Of a DNA stretch of 20,000 nucleotides, positions 7,110 to 15,987 are shown piece by piece (the first letter of the stretch is position 1; every line of letters starts with the position of its first letter). The stretch is from an uncultured virus (IMG/VR IMGVR_UViG_2548877019_000001) (Duplodnaviria; Heunggongvirae; Uroviricota; Caudoviricetes), in IMG/VR virus record IMGVR_UViG_2548877019_000001, positions 47,427 through 67,426 of that record, one strand, 5' to 3'. The notes beneath the pieces were generated by a model. That model searched no databases and had not been told where the DNA came from. It saw only the letters and a program-made list of their open reading frames with translations. The translations under genes were made by a program, and so were the position numbers.

Positions 7110-8232
7110 ATAAAACCTCTCCTTTTTTTTCGAATTTAAATGATTTGAGTTCTGATGCTTGTCTTTTGTCGATTCCAAGGGAAGGCAATACGTCCGCTAT
7201 TAGTGATGCGAAGAAAAAGTTCATTTTTTTAAAAAAGTGCCCATACCCTCTATAAATCTTATCTACAGACTGAGCTTTTACGTAATCGAAAAATACGATA
7301 AAATCGTCATCACCTCCTAAAAGCATCTGATTACTTAATAAAGATGTATTTGGAATATCCCCACTCCTTTTGAAGTGGAAATAAATCTCCGCGAGTGTTA
7401 AATTATGTTCGGCCTCATTAATAATTAGCCTCTCTCCTGTCTTCCTCGCAGCTTCAACACTTTTTCTAAGAAAATATAAACAATGCTCCTCTTGGTTTTC
7501 AGCTAAATGGGAGATTCCAAGGTAGTAATAACCATCTGACTCGTGCTTATCATTTAATTGTGTTTTTATCATAACATTTGCATGGTGGCGACAAAGATCA
7601 AGTTCATTAAGGTGAAGGTATGCTGGCGCAAGAACTTCAGACAATCGGTAAGCGTAGCACTCTTTAAAGAACATCTTTCTAACGCTCTTCATCCCGGATA
7701 ACTCACGACTAATTCGTTCAGCCTCCTTGGTAATCTCGAAATAATCTTTCGTATAGTACATAGAGACACACTGATATATTTGCTTCAAGATAGAGATCTC
7801 TTTACACCCGGAAGTCTTGAGGTTCTCAATTTTCGAAATCATCTCTTTAAATGATATCTCATCAGTCATGAAATCGAGGATAATAGAATAAGCGTTAATA
7901 TAAGATTTAAGGTAAGGATCTTTTTTATTTTCGGTAATAAGACGGCTCAACAGATTCGCGTCTCTTTTTATGGCCGAATATTCAAAAGCCTGTTTTATGG
8001 ATTCCGTTGTATTTAATTGCAAACACCAGTCACGCATTTTTTCGTGATATTCTTCTTTAAAGAAATACCTCGCTAACTTAACAAGCTGTCTAAACCCTAT
8101 TCTGTCTTCATTTTCTAAATCATATAAACAATCCCGATTAATACCTGTTTCTAAGGAAATACATGGTATACTTAACCCCAGAGACTCTCTTTGATAGGTG
8201 AACTCATCTCTTATAGAACGCAACCCCGACAC
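7048..8232 (-). CDS. aimR: AimR-like arbitrium peptide receptor (HTH plus TPR, RRNPP family)
   Basis: ~390 aa; N-terminal HTH, AimR-like WCLQL...IKQAFEY segment, TPR-like helices (DGYYYLGISHL); TTG at 8223 is an alternative start. Confidence 0.85.
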   Translation of the reverse strand: MSGLRSIRDEFTYQRESLGLSIPCISLETGINRDCLYDLENEDRIGFRQLVKLARYFFKEEYHEKMRDWCLQLNTTESIKQAFEYSAIKRDANLLSRLITENKKDPYLKSYINAYSIILDFMTDEISFKEMISKIENLKTSGCKEISILKQIYQCVSMYYTKDYFEITKEAERISRELSGMKSVRKMFFKECYAYRLSEVLAPAYLHLNELDLCRHHANVMIKTQLNDKHESDGYYYLGISHLAENQEEHCLYFLRKSVEAARKTGERLIINEAEHNLTLAEIYFHFKRSGDIPNTSLLSNQMLLGGDDDFIVFFDYVKAQSVDKIYRGYGHFFKKMNFFFASLIADVLPSLGIDKRQASELKSFKFEKKGEVLYEESFIDGISFRGDSCSFAS

Positions 8233-8245
8233 CCCTTTTATGTGA

Positions 8246-8296
8246 TTTACGTTTTGTTATATCTATAGTATACTACAAGTGCACACTTTTGTGTGC
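8246..8296 (+). promoter_or_regulatory. Sigma-A promoter of the xre genes with adjacent palindromic operator
   Basis: TTTACG-N17-TATACT (8246-8274); GCACAC-TTTT-GTGTGC (8281-8296). Confidence 0.55.
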
Positions 8297-8325
8297 GTAA
8301 AATTTTAGAAAAAGGAGATTTTTTT

Positions 8326-8535
8326 ATGATTAGTTATGAGCCTCTGAGGTCATACCTAAAAGAACGTGGACAAACAACTGGAATACTAAGGGACAAGGTA
8401 ATCCATCGCAACTTGGTGACTAAAATTAATGACGATAAGCATGTTAGCTTAGCAACGATTGAAACCATATGTCTTTATTTAGGAGTACCTATTGAGAAGG
8501 TCATTAAAATAGTTCCTGATAACGTAGAAAAATAA
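8326..8535 (+). CDS. Xre/Cro-family HTH regulator
   Basis: AAAGGAG RBS, ATG 8326; MISYEPL...VSLATIETICLYLGVPIEKVI pattern. Confidence 0.85.
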   Translation: MISYEPLRSYLKERGQTTGILRDKVIHRNLVTKINDDKHVSLATIETICLYLGVPIEKVIKIVPDNVEK

Positions 8536-8581
8536 CGATATTTAAGCTATAATTTCCCCGTAAAGCAAAAGCTTTGCGGAG

Positions 8582-8809
8582 GTGTTTATTACGGTTAAGT
8601 ATCGTCGAGGTAAATGTTTACTTCGCGACCGACTCCGTGAAGCTGGAATGAACCAGGCGCAGCTCGCCGATAGGGCTGGCGTTGAAGAATCGCACGTATC
8701 CGGTTATGTACACGGAACAAAACGGATGAACCTGGATACTGCGAAAACTTTTTCGGTAATTCTAAACTGCCGCATGGACGACCTGTACGAATGGATCGTC
8801 GAGGAATAA
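8582..8809 (+). CDS. Xre-family HTH regulator (candidate repressor)
   Basis: MNQAQLADRAGVEESHVSGYVHG...ILNCRMDDLYEW; start codon uncertain. Confidence 0.85.
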   Translation: MFITVKYRRGKCLLRDRLREAGMNQAQLADRAGVEESHVSGYVHGTKRMNLDTAKTFSVILNCRMDDLYEWIVEE

Positions 8810-8832
8810 CCGGTAGTCGGTCGCTGACGGGA

Positions 8833-9846
8833 TTAAGTGTCGCCCGTCAACGAAAAACTTACCCGTTTAGGTAACTTCACCCGCCACCTCTTAACGTCCT
8901 CTGCACGCTCATACACCGCCTTCAACTCCGCTCTCCCCTTCGCAAGCAAGAATTCATTCGCATCCTTTCCTTCCGTAATATATCCGTGTGCCAGTCCGAC
9001 TTTCCCGTATAAATAACGTTCGACCTCCGCCCGCAACTTCTCGCCGGCCTTATCGTTATCCGTCACGATGGTTACGTGTTCGATCGGAGACTGGACGATA
9101 ATGTCCGCCTTCCGTTGGTTAAACGAAGAGCCACCGGTCCCGATCGCCGGCACTCCCGCCGTCATCCACGATTGCGCATCGATCTCCGCCTCGCATAGGA
9201 CAACGCGCGTCAGCCGCCGATCATACACGACATTCATTCCGTAAACAAGGTCCCGAATAGGCCAGCCGCCTTTGACGTACCAGAACGCCTTGCCCCGCGT
9301 TGACCGATTCTTTACGTTAGCGAGCCGGCCGTTTGGAAGCCGCCAGGGCAACGCAACCGCACCGCCAGCCATACCGACGCCCATTAGCCGCTGGACAGCC
9401 GGCATGATTCCGCGCTTGTTTAAATAATCGTTAGGCCCCGCAGCCACGTCGTCAAGAATCGATTCCCTCAACGGTTCGCGAGTCTTTGCGAGCTTCAGCT
9501 TCGGCAGCCTGAGCGTGAGTTTTCCGTCATCTGATTCCGGCGCATACGCATCGATCAAGTATTCGATCGTCTCCTCTTCGGTTTCTTCGCGCAAGAATGC
9601 CAGAAGCTTAACGAACCCGCCCCGCGCATACTCTGCGTCATAATAGCCGCTATCGCCCCAATAACCGGCCTTTGCGGTCGCCGTGTCTTCGAGATAAACG
9701 TAAAAGCTAGGCATTCGGTCATAACGGAAAGGACTTGCGGCCAGGAGTCGCTCGTCCGTCCAGGTCGGCCGCGTCCATTCGAACTGTTCGAGCTCATATC
9801 GTATGTCGACGTCGACCGGACGGCCGTTTAACGTCAATGTCGGCAC
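8833..9846 (-). CDS. Phage DNA primase (TOPRIM)
   Basis: SPFR N-terminal motif, YLNKRGI, LCEAEIDA, TDNDKAG, KDANE. Confidence 0.9.
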   Translation of the reverse strand: MPTLTLNGRPVDVDIRYELEQFEWTRPTWTDERLLAASPFRYDRMPSFYVYLEDTATAKAGYWGDSGYYDAEYARGGFVKLLAFLREETEEETIEYLIDAYAPESDDGKLTLRLPKLKLAKTREPLRESILDDVAAGPNDYLNKRGIMPAVQRLMGVGMAGGAVALPWRLPNGRLANVKNRSTRGKAFWYVKGGWPIRDLVYGMNVVYDRRLTRVVLCEAEIDAQSWMTAGVPAIGTGGSSFNQRKADIIVQSPIEHVTIVTDNDKAGEKLRAEVERYLYGKVGLAHGYITEGKDANEFLLAKGRAELKAVYERAEDVKRWRVKLPKRVSFSLTGDT

Positions 9847-9981
9847 TTTAGTCCCACTCCTTTCGCCCTAATTAGGCCGGATTGTTCTATATATTACGCC
9901 CTGTTTTCGAAAAATTCCATCGTATTTTGTCGAAAGAATCACGGTAAATGTTGACAATGTTATCCGTTATATTCCAACTCC

Positions 9982-11322
9982 TTAAAAGTCGAACTGATCC
10001 GCTGACCCTTCGGCTCCTCCTAGTTGTTTGATGACGCCAAACTGCGGCAGATAAACGATCTCAGCGCTCTTCCCTTCGCCGCCATCACGGCCTTTGTTCA
10101 GACCGATCAGGCCTCGCCCTTCCTCTGCGTTCGTATCCACCGCAATCAATAACGCAGCATCTTCGAGCAACGCCTTCGTTTTCTTGACGTCCTTACGCTG
10201 CGGTAGTTTTAATTCAGAGTCAGCGTCTTTCCCTTCACCTTCTTCTGCTTGCGTCAACGCAAAGACAGTCGTTTTTGTTTGGCCGGCCAGACGACGGAGT
10301 TTCATCGATGTATTAGCCGCGTCTCCCCCCGCAGTCTTTGACGTGTTCTTTTCGTAATCGAGGTAGTAAAACGGATCGATTAGAACGACGTCAGCTTTCG
10401 TTTCGAGTATATCCGCCTTCAGATCGCGGAGTTTCCGGGAGTCGAAGTCCTCGTCGTCTACCGCGCGGACAATGATGTTGCCCGGAATCAATTCGTTCAT
10501 CTTATCGAGGAACTCCATAAAGCCGGATTCGAATTCGTCGGGTAGCTTTCCCTGGCGAACATCCCGCGAATTAAATCCGGCCTCAATATCGACGCCATCA
10601 AGATTCGCTTTTGTCACGCCAATGCTTGCCGAAATGGAAACGTAAAGCCTGACGAGAACCTCGTACCATCCCATTTCCATCGACCAGATTAGAACGTTCG
10701 CCCCCTGCATCGCGCAATTAATCGCTTCCTCCAACGCTATGGCCGATTTTCCCCGTCCGGATTTACCATAAATAACGTATACGTTCGACGAAACATAGCC
10801 GCCCATCGCCCGGTTTATGAATTCGAATTTGCTGCGCCAGATCCGGAAAGACTCGCCAGCCTTGCGGTTTTCGTATTCGGCTTTAAATTTGTCGATATCT
10901 TTTTTGATGTCGGTGCCAACCGAACTACGAACGTTTGTTCTTATTTTAAGACTTTCGACTTTTTCCGTCAACCACGAAAATAATTCTTCCGGATTATCTT
11001 GCGCTTGGCTAAACCGTTCCGGAAGCTCCTTTTCCGCAATATCGACGAACTCTCGCAACGCAGCCTGTTTCCGTAGTTTTTCCGCAAGGTAATCGTAATT
11101 GGCATCGATATTAAAATCCGGCTGGAAGTCCGGAACCTCATTCGCCACCATCTCGGCCGTTGGCGCCTGGCCCCCGTGTTTCTCCGCGTATTCCGTGATG
11201 TATCGGAGTGCTTTGCGTTCGCCTTCCGTTGGTAAGTCCTCGGCGGTAATATTAAAGCGCAGCAGCGCGTTCGGATCGTTCTGCTCGATCACTTTCGATA
11301 GCATTAAAACACCGTAGTTCAT
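9982..11322 (-). CDS. DnaB-like replicative helicase
   Basis: Walker A GKSGRGKS, SMEM, LIDPFY, ALTQ, KGRDG. Confidence 0.92.
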   Translation of the reverse strand: MNYGVLMLSKVIEQNDPNALLRFNITAEDLPTEGERKALRYITEYAEKHGGQAPTAEMVANEVPDFQPDFNIDANYDYLAEKLRKQAALREFVDIAEKELPERFSQAQDNPEELFSWLTEKVESLKIRTNVRSSVGTDIKKDIDKFKAEYENRKAGESFRIWRSKFEFINRAMGGYVSSNVYVIYGKSGRGKSAIALEEAINCAMQGANVLIWSMEMGWYEVLVRLYVSISASIGVTKANLDGVDIEAGFNSRDVRQGKLPDEFESGFMEFLDKMNELIPGNIIVRAVDDEDFDSRKLRDLKADILETKADVVLIDPFYYLDYEKNTSKTAGGDAANTSMKLRRLAGQTKTTVFALTQAEEGEGKDADSELKLPQRKDVKKTKALLEDAALLIAVDTNAEEGRGLIGLNKGRDGGEGKSAEIVYLPQFGVIKQLGGAEGSADQFDF

Positions 11323-11522
11323 CCGCGATCCCTCCTCACTCTCTTAACGTAAATGACTCGTACGCCCCTTTTCGCCTGCTCTGCGATTTCAATTCGAATG
11401 CGGAAGTAGTCGGCTGCGCTCTCGAACATTCCCGAAATGAAGTCCGCAGCAACTCCGATGTAATAGAACGCCCAATCAAGCGCAGCAAACATCCACTTTA
11501 ACGGATAGAGTAGGCAGTACAT
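11319..11522 (-). CDS. Small hypothetical protein with hydrophobic N half
   Basis: Coupled overlaps with both neighbours. Confidence 0.65.
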   Translation of the reverse strand: MYCLLYPLKWMFAALDWAFYYIGVAADFISGMFESAADYFRIRIEIAEQAKRGVRVIYVKRVRRDRG

Positions 11523-12022
11523 TATCGCTCGACCTCCCGCTTCAATTTCGCCTTAGCTTCGTCCTGCTTCGCCTTGTATTCCTCGTCGCCGTACATCGCT
11601 TCCAGACGTTTGTAATCGTTTAACTCGTCGAGCAGCTCATCGATTTTCTTCGTTTTCTTTTTCGCCATTTCACTCCCCGCCTTTTCTAGTCCTTCGCTAA
11701 TCGCAGACGCCAGTTTAATGCTCGGCAATTCCGGAAGATATTCCGCCCAATGAATCGCCGTTCCCTCCGGCTCCGGATAGTTTTCGTAATCAACTCCGTC
11801 AAGATATTCGTCAACAAACTGACTGCGGCAGACTAGGCGGATATAGTTCGCGTCGGCGAAAATCCATTCGCCGTGGATTGCGTCAGTCAGATCGAACTCA
11901 ACGTAGGCAGAGACGCCGGTATCATCCGTTTTCTTAACGTCTCGGCGCGCTTCTACGAAGAATATGCGATCAGGATATCCGTCTACTGCGACCAGATCTC
12001 CGATAGTGATTTCGGCTTTCAT
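11522..12022 (-). CDS. Hypothetical phage protein
   Basis: 166 aa; IGDLV beta-barrel-like start, IDELLDELNDY helical end; coupled. Confidence 0.8.
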   Translation of the reverse strand: MKAEITIGDLVAVDGYPDRIFFVEARRDVKKTDDTGVSAYVEFDLTDAIHGEWIFADANYIRLVCRSQFVDEYLDGVDYENYPEPEGTAIHWAEYLPELPSIKLASAISEGLEKAGSEMAKKKTKKIDELLDELNDYKRLEAMYGDEEYKAKQDEAKAKLKREVER

Positions 12023-12390
12023 GATCGACCACTCCCGTAATAAACGATCGATATTTTTAACCCATGCTCCCTTGCGAGATCGATCATATGCTTAGTTCCT
12101 CGGCTCTTCCCGTCCCAAAACGCCACGAGTGCGTCAGCTTCTTTCGCCATCTCCTTATTACGAATATATCCCGCAGCCTTTCCGAATCTATCCCAATCGG
12201 CCGGGTGCTCACTTACCCTATATCCGCGTTCGTCAGCGTATCTTTCTCCGAGAGCATCGGCTCCCCTTGCCTTTCCGGAAACGATTATAATTTCTTCGTC
12301 CTGTCTATTTCGCAAAACTGAGTCCATCTTTTGGCGCAATAATTCGTAGTTATTGAAATCGCGTCCGCCGGCAATAATCACTTTAATCAT
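12019..12390 (-). CDS. SLOG/YspA-like (DUF2493) protein
   Basis: VIIAGGRDF, VSGKARGAD, PADW..GKAAGYIRN, AFWDGKSRGT. Confidence 0.88.
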   Translation of the reverse strand: MIKVIIAGGRDFNNYELLRQKMDSVLRNRQDEEIIIVSGKARGADALGERYADERGYRVSEHPADWDRFGKAAGYIRNKEMAKEADALVAFWDGKSRGTKHMIDLAREHGLKISIVYYGSGRS

Positions 12391-13154
12391 CTCCGCAGCC
12401 CCCTTTTCGATTCGCCTTCGAATTCAATCACGCGGCATAGGTCACGAATACGGTCCGTCAGACGTTGCTCTCCGAAAACGTCCGGCAGCCGTTCGATCGC
12501 AATGTTGCTCGTGTAGACAGTCGGTAACTGATTCGTCACTCTTGCGTTAACTATTGCGTGAAGATAGCCGCGAAATGCCGGCGTACAATCCCGCACCCCT
12601 ACGTCATCCAGTACTGCAAAGGGAGCCGTCATCGCCAGCGTCATCTTCCGTTTGAATTCCGTCATGCCGTCCTCGTCGTTCGTCATGGTTGCGAGGTTGA
12701 ATTCCGTCTGCCATTCGTTCACATCGAGGAAATAGGCCGGACGCAGTGACGGCGTTAAACCTCTCCGCAAAGATCCGCTGTAATAGACGCGCAGCCATTC
12801 GTTAAGGATTGCCGCCGCTGTCGTCGTCTTTCCGGTGCCAGAGTTCGCGCTGAAGAGATACAACGACTTGATACGGTCAGCCGGTTCGATGTAGCCTTCC
12901 GTCTGCTCAAACTGACGCTCGAACGTCTTGACGTAGTTTTCAACCGATTTATATATCGCTGGCTGATCCGCTCTGGCTGGCGAATTGGCAAGCGTTGTCA
13001 GTCGATATTCTCGCGGTAAGCCTGCCGCCGCTGACCGCCCGCCGTTTCCTGTCGCGCCGTGTAGTGCGATGAAGTGCGGGCATCGGCGGTTACAGGCGGA
13101 CGTGCCGGCCGCTTTGCATCCGGTAGCCAGGACGCAGTTTCTTTCGTTAGTCAA
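12387..13154 (-). CDS. DnaC/IstB-like AAA+ helicase loader
   Basis: N-terminal Cys cluster, Walker A GTGKTT, Walker B VLDDVG, TVYTSN, RLTDRI. Confidence 0.9.
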   Translation of the reverse strand: MTNERNCVLATGCKAAGTSACNRRCPHFIALHGATGNGGRSAAAGLPREYRLTTLANSPARADQPAIYKSVENYVKTFERQFEQTEGYIEPADRIKSLYLFSANSGTGKTTTAAAILNEWLRVYYSGSLRRGLTPSLRPAYFLDVNEWQTEFNLATMTNDEDGMTEFKRKMTLAMTAPFAVLDDVGVRDCTPAFRGYLHAIVNARVTNQLPTVYTSNIAIERLPDVFGEQRLTDRIRDLCRVIEFEGESKRGLRR

Positions 13155-13172
13155 TGGCGTTCACTCCTTTCG

Positions 13173-13319
13173 TTAGTTCTCGATTACGTTTACTACGTGG
13201 ATATTTCCGTTGTGTTTGTCTACGAGGAGATATACGGTGTACTCATCCCCTTTTACGACGTGTAGCATACCTTCGACGAAATCGAGATCAGTCGTTACTC
13301 TTGCTGGATCGTATGTCAT
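13173..13319 (-). CDS. 48-aa hypothetical protein
   Basis: ATGA overlap; MTYDPARVTTDLDFVEGMLHVVKGDEYTVYLLVDKHNGNIHVVNVIEN. Confidence 0.65.
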   Translation of the reverse strand: MTYDPARVTTDLDFVEGMLHVVKGDEYTVYLLVDKHNGNIHVVNVIEN

Positions 13320-13954
13320 TCGCCCACCCCCGTCCGGCTGTCGTCGATGATTTTTAAGAACGACTCTTCTCCGTATTCATCAATCCCTTCCGTTACTGTA
13401 GGTAAATAGTCGAATAATCCATCCTCATAAAAAACCTTGTCTTCGCTTACATTCACGATTTTCCCGTAATAATCCGCAACCTCATTAATTTCGAAACTAC
13501 CGACAACATCTCCCACACGAACCTCAGTCGGCTGCGGTGCGTTAAGATATTCGTCAGGTACTTCGAGTCCAAGTGCGCGATGGAGAGCGATGGCTTCTCC
13601 GATATGGATGTTAAAGCAGTCGTCCGGCGCACATATTGCCGTTCCATAAAACGCAGTCCTGCTATTCGGTTTCTTTGCGACCGCCTCTACGGTTCGACTT
13701 TCACGGTTGATATCGAACGTAATATCGAAAGTCCGCCACAATCTATTATTCGTCCTAAGACGTTCAACGTCCGCCTTCGCTCGCTCAACGATTTCATCCC
13801 GGCGTTCTTGTGCGGTCTTTTCAACCGGTGCCTGCGCCATTAATTCACGCCTCGCATCTTCGTATCCTTTTGCGTATGCAGCTAGCCGCAATTCCTCGAT
13901 CGCATCTCGCGCTGTTTCTACCGCAATGTCATATCGTTGTTCAACGTTTTCCAT
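13316..13954 (-). CDS. Hypothetical phage protein
   Basis: GGAGGG RBS before ATG 13954 (MENVEQ); A.CAPDDCFN.HIG.AIAL.RA motif. Confidence 0.8.
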   Translation of the reverse strand: MENVEQRYDIAVETARDAIEELRLAAYAKGYEDARRELMAQAPVEKTAQERRDEIVERAKADVERLRTNNRLWRTFDITFDINRESRTVEAVAKKPNSRTAFYGTAICAPDDCFNIHIGEAIALHRALGLEVPDEYLNAPQPTEVRVGDVVGSFEINEVADYYGKIVNVSEDKVFYEDGLFDYLPTVTEGIDEYGEESFLKIIDDSRTGVGE

Positions 13955-13970
13955 TTCGCAATCCCTCCGT

Positions 13971-14354
13971 TTAATAAAAGTCGTCGCCGATTTCCGCCTG
14001 CTGCTCCCGCCTTTGTTGCGCCGCTGCTTCGGCCCTGATTTCCGCCACTGCCCGCTGCAAATTCCGTCCCATATACGTCTGCATAAATCCGAAGCTGATA
14101 CCCGGCCATTCTGCCGTAGGCCTGTATTCCGCAAAGCACAGATCGATGAATCGCTTCGTTATTTCCGGCCCGTATTCGCCTGGCTTCCGTTTCGTTCCGA
14201 CCCAGCGCCCGAGCATTCCCGCTTCGGCCTTCCATGGTTCGCGAGTAGGCATCGGAACGTAAGGGACGCCGTAAAGCCGCTCATGCTCCGCCTTTAAATA
14301 CGATTGAAAGTCGCGCACATTCCACTTGGATAACGGTTTATCTGTCGTCGGCAT
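13971..14354 (-). CDS. Hypothetical phage protein
   Basis: Likely start MPTTDKP at 14354 after GGGTGA. Confidence 0.75.
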   Translation of the reverse strand: MPTTDKPLSKWNVRDFQSYLKAEHERLYGVPYVPMPTREPWKAEAGMLGRWVGTKRKPGEYGPEITKRFIDLCFAEYRPTAEWPGISFGFMQTYMGRNLQRAVAEIRAEAAAQQRREQQAEIGDDFY

Positions 14355-14754
14355 TTTCGTCACCCATTTCGTTAAGAATCGCATAATAATCGTATTCTTG
14401 CGCATAGGATTCGTAGAGGTCGATTTTACGACGCAAGTCCGAAATTTCCTTCGCCATGTGATCCTTTTCCGCTAACAACGATTCAATAACGGGTCGGTCG
14501 GCAATCGGACACATTCTCGCTATCTCTGACGTAAGCTCCGCAATGTGGTCGAGCAAAGCCGGAATATCTTGCCGGGCGTGCGCGATGAACTCTGCGTCTT
14601 CTTTCGTTACTGCCGCCGCAACGCCGTCCCAATGTGTGTTTACCCAATACCGAAGATTTTCGTTTCCCGGCCATTCATGATCATCTGCGCCCCAATATCC
14701 CCCCGTTGCCGCTTCTACACGCTGACGGATCGCTTCGATATCGTCTTTTGTCAT
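14338..14754 (-). CDS. Ead/Ea22-like phage protein
   Basis: EAIRQRVEAATGGYW...DAEFIAHARQDIPALL motif. Confidence 0.75.
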   Translation of the reverse strand: MTKDDIEAIRQRVEAATGGYWGADDHEWPGNENLRYWVNTHWDGVAAAVTKEDAEFIAHARQDIPALLDHIAELTSEIARMCPIADRPVIESLLAEKDHMAKEISDLRRKIDLYESYAQEYDYYAILNEMGDENADDR

Positions 14755-15068
14755 TACGCATTCACTCCTTCGATTTTGATTCCTAGTTTGTATAATGTTT
14801 CGCGAATGGCCGCTTTCCGTTCCTCTGCGCTAGGTGAACCTCCGTGAGATTCGTAAAACTCCCGCACCTTCTCCTCCGGCGTCTTTTCGACTTCATATCC
14901 GTTGATTAATGCGGCCGCGAGCGTCATGATGTCGAGATCTTCAAGCTCACCGCCGAGTATTCCATCGCAAGCCGCCATTAGGATGTATTCATCGTAATTC
15001 GCTTTGCGCATAAGATCTAACGCTTCCGCCTGCTCCTTCGTAATTACCGGCTTTTTAACTTCGCTCAT
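14754..15068 (-). CDS. Phage protein, DUF1642-like
   Basis: KPVITKEQAEAL...LAAALINGYEVEK. Confidence 0.7.
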   Translation of the reverse strand: MSEVKKPVITKEQAEALDLMRKANYDEYILMAACDGILGGELEDLDIMTLAAALINGYEVEKTPEEKVREFYESHGGSPSAEERKAAIRETLYKLGIKIEGVNA

Positions 15069-15242
15069 CTATTCGTCCTCCTTCGCGAGAATATCGTACG
15101 CATACAGTTGTATATCGAAACGAACAATGCCGTTGTCGTCCGAATATATCTGCGAACCCTTGACGTTAAATCCTTTTTGCGCAAAGTGATCCCGGAGTAT
15201 TTTCCGAATCTCGTCGTCAATCATCGTAATTGTAACGTTCAT
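15069..15242 (-). CDS. 57-aa hypothetical protein
   Basis: AAGGAGG RBS, ATGA overlap; MNVTITMIDDEIRKILRDHFAQKGFNV... Confidence 0.7.
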   Translation of the reverse strand: MNVTITMIDDEIRKILRDHFAQKGFNVKGSQIYSDDNGIVRFDIQLYAYDILAKEDE

Positions 15243-15487
15243 CGTTCGCCCTCCTTTAATTCGCTCATTAGCAGTCCGTGCAATGCGGTGATGGTATGCC
15301 GCTGATCAGCCGAAAGATTATCCGGAAGTTTCATCGAAATCACGCCCGGCTCTGAAGGCTGCCACTCTGACCTGACGTAGAGGTCGGCCGTAAGTTCCTC
15401 CGCTTCCTCAATCGTGTGTTTCAGCCGCTCGTTTTCCGCAATTAATTTTGCTACAGTACAGCGCAGGCCTGTGATTTCGTCTGTCAT
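15239..15487 (-). CDS. Hypothetical phage protein
   Basis: AAGGAGG RBS; shares LRCxVAxLIAENERLK module with upstream gene. Confidence 0.75.
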   Translation of the reverse strand: MTDEITGLRCTVAKLIAENERLKHTIEEAEELTADLYVRSEWQPSEPGVISMKLPDNLSADQRHTITALHGLLMSELKEGER

Positions 15488-15819
15488 TTTAGCGCCTCCT
15501 TTGCGTGTAAATTTATTTCGTATAGCTCAGTAATCGGAACTAAATCGACTGGTTCTTCGGGAAGCTCCGACTTCGATTGGATTAACTTCAGCGCCTTCTT
15601 CAGCCGCTCGTTTTCCGCAATCAACCCGGCAACGGCACAACGCAGGTCTGCGATTTCTTTAGTTTCCGGAAACAGATCGAACGTCGTCAACTCACGCTCT
15701 GATCCGTCTTCCTCCTTGATAAAAACGCCGCCCTCTCCCGGAGCAACCTCCCGCACCTCAATGCCGAGTTCCTTTGCGACCTTGATAATGTGGTCTATAT
15801 CGAATTTTGGAACGATCAT
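15484..15819 (-). CDS. Hypothetical phage protein
   Basis: GGAGG RBS before ATG 15819 (MIVPKF). Confidence 0.75.
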   Translation of the reverse strand: MIVPKFDIDHIIKVAKELGIEVREVAPGEGGVFIKEEDGSERELTTFDLFPETKEIADLRCAVAGLIAENERLKKALKLIQSKSELPEEPVDLVPITELYEINLHAKEALK

Positions 15820-15820
15820 T

Positions 15821-15958
15821 TTAACGCCTCCACTCATCGTCTTTTTTGATAACCGTCAGACCTTCCTCGCTTCGTTTGGTGTTTTCCTCCGCAATCTCGG
15901 CTAATTTCAAACGCTGTTTGTCGGTGAGCTCCGAGATTCGTCTCGTATCCTCCGCCAC
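15821..15958 (-). CDS. 45-aa hypothetical protein
   Basis: AGGAGG RBS, GTG; MAEDTRRISELTDKQRLKLAEIAEENTKRSEEGLTVIKKDDEWRR. Confidence 0.65.
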   Translation of the reverse strand: MAEDTRRISELTDKQRLKLAEIAEENTKRSEEGLTVIKKDDEWRR

Positions 15959-15987
15959 GTTTTCGCCTCCTCTCCGTCGTTTTAACG

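Noticed and set aside
6978..8232. Rap-Phr pair
   Set aside because: The receptor has an N-terminal HTH and AimR-like segments, and the peptide ends in a Gly-rich C-terminal hexapeptide of arbitrium style
9951..9975. Perfect TTGACA on + strand as a sigma-A promoter
   Set aside because: The nearest -10-like hexamer (TATATT) is only 11 nt away; none at 16-18 nt
1..11322. Inteins or introns in polA, primase or helicase; modified-base (Z-DNA-type) replication system
   Set aside because: Lengths and motif spacing are normal, and no nucleotide-modification genes are present in the window
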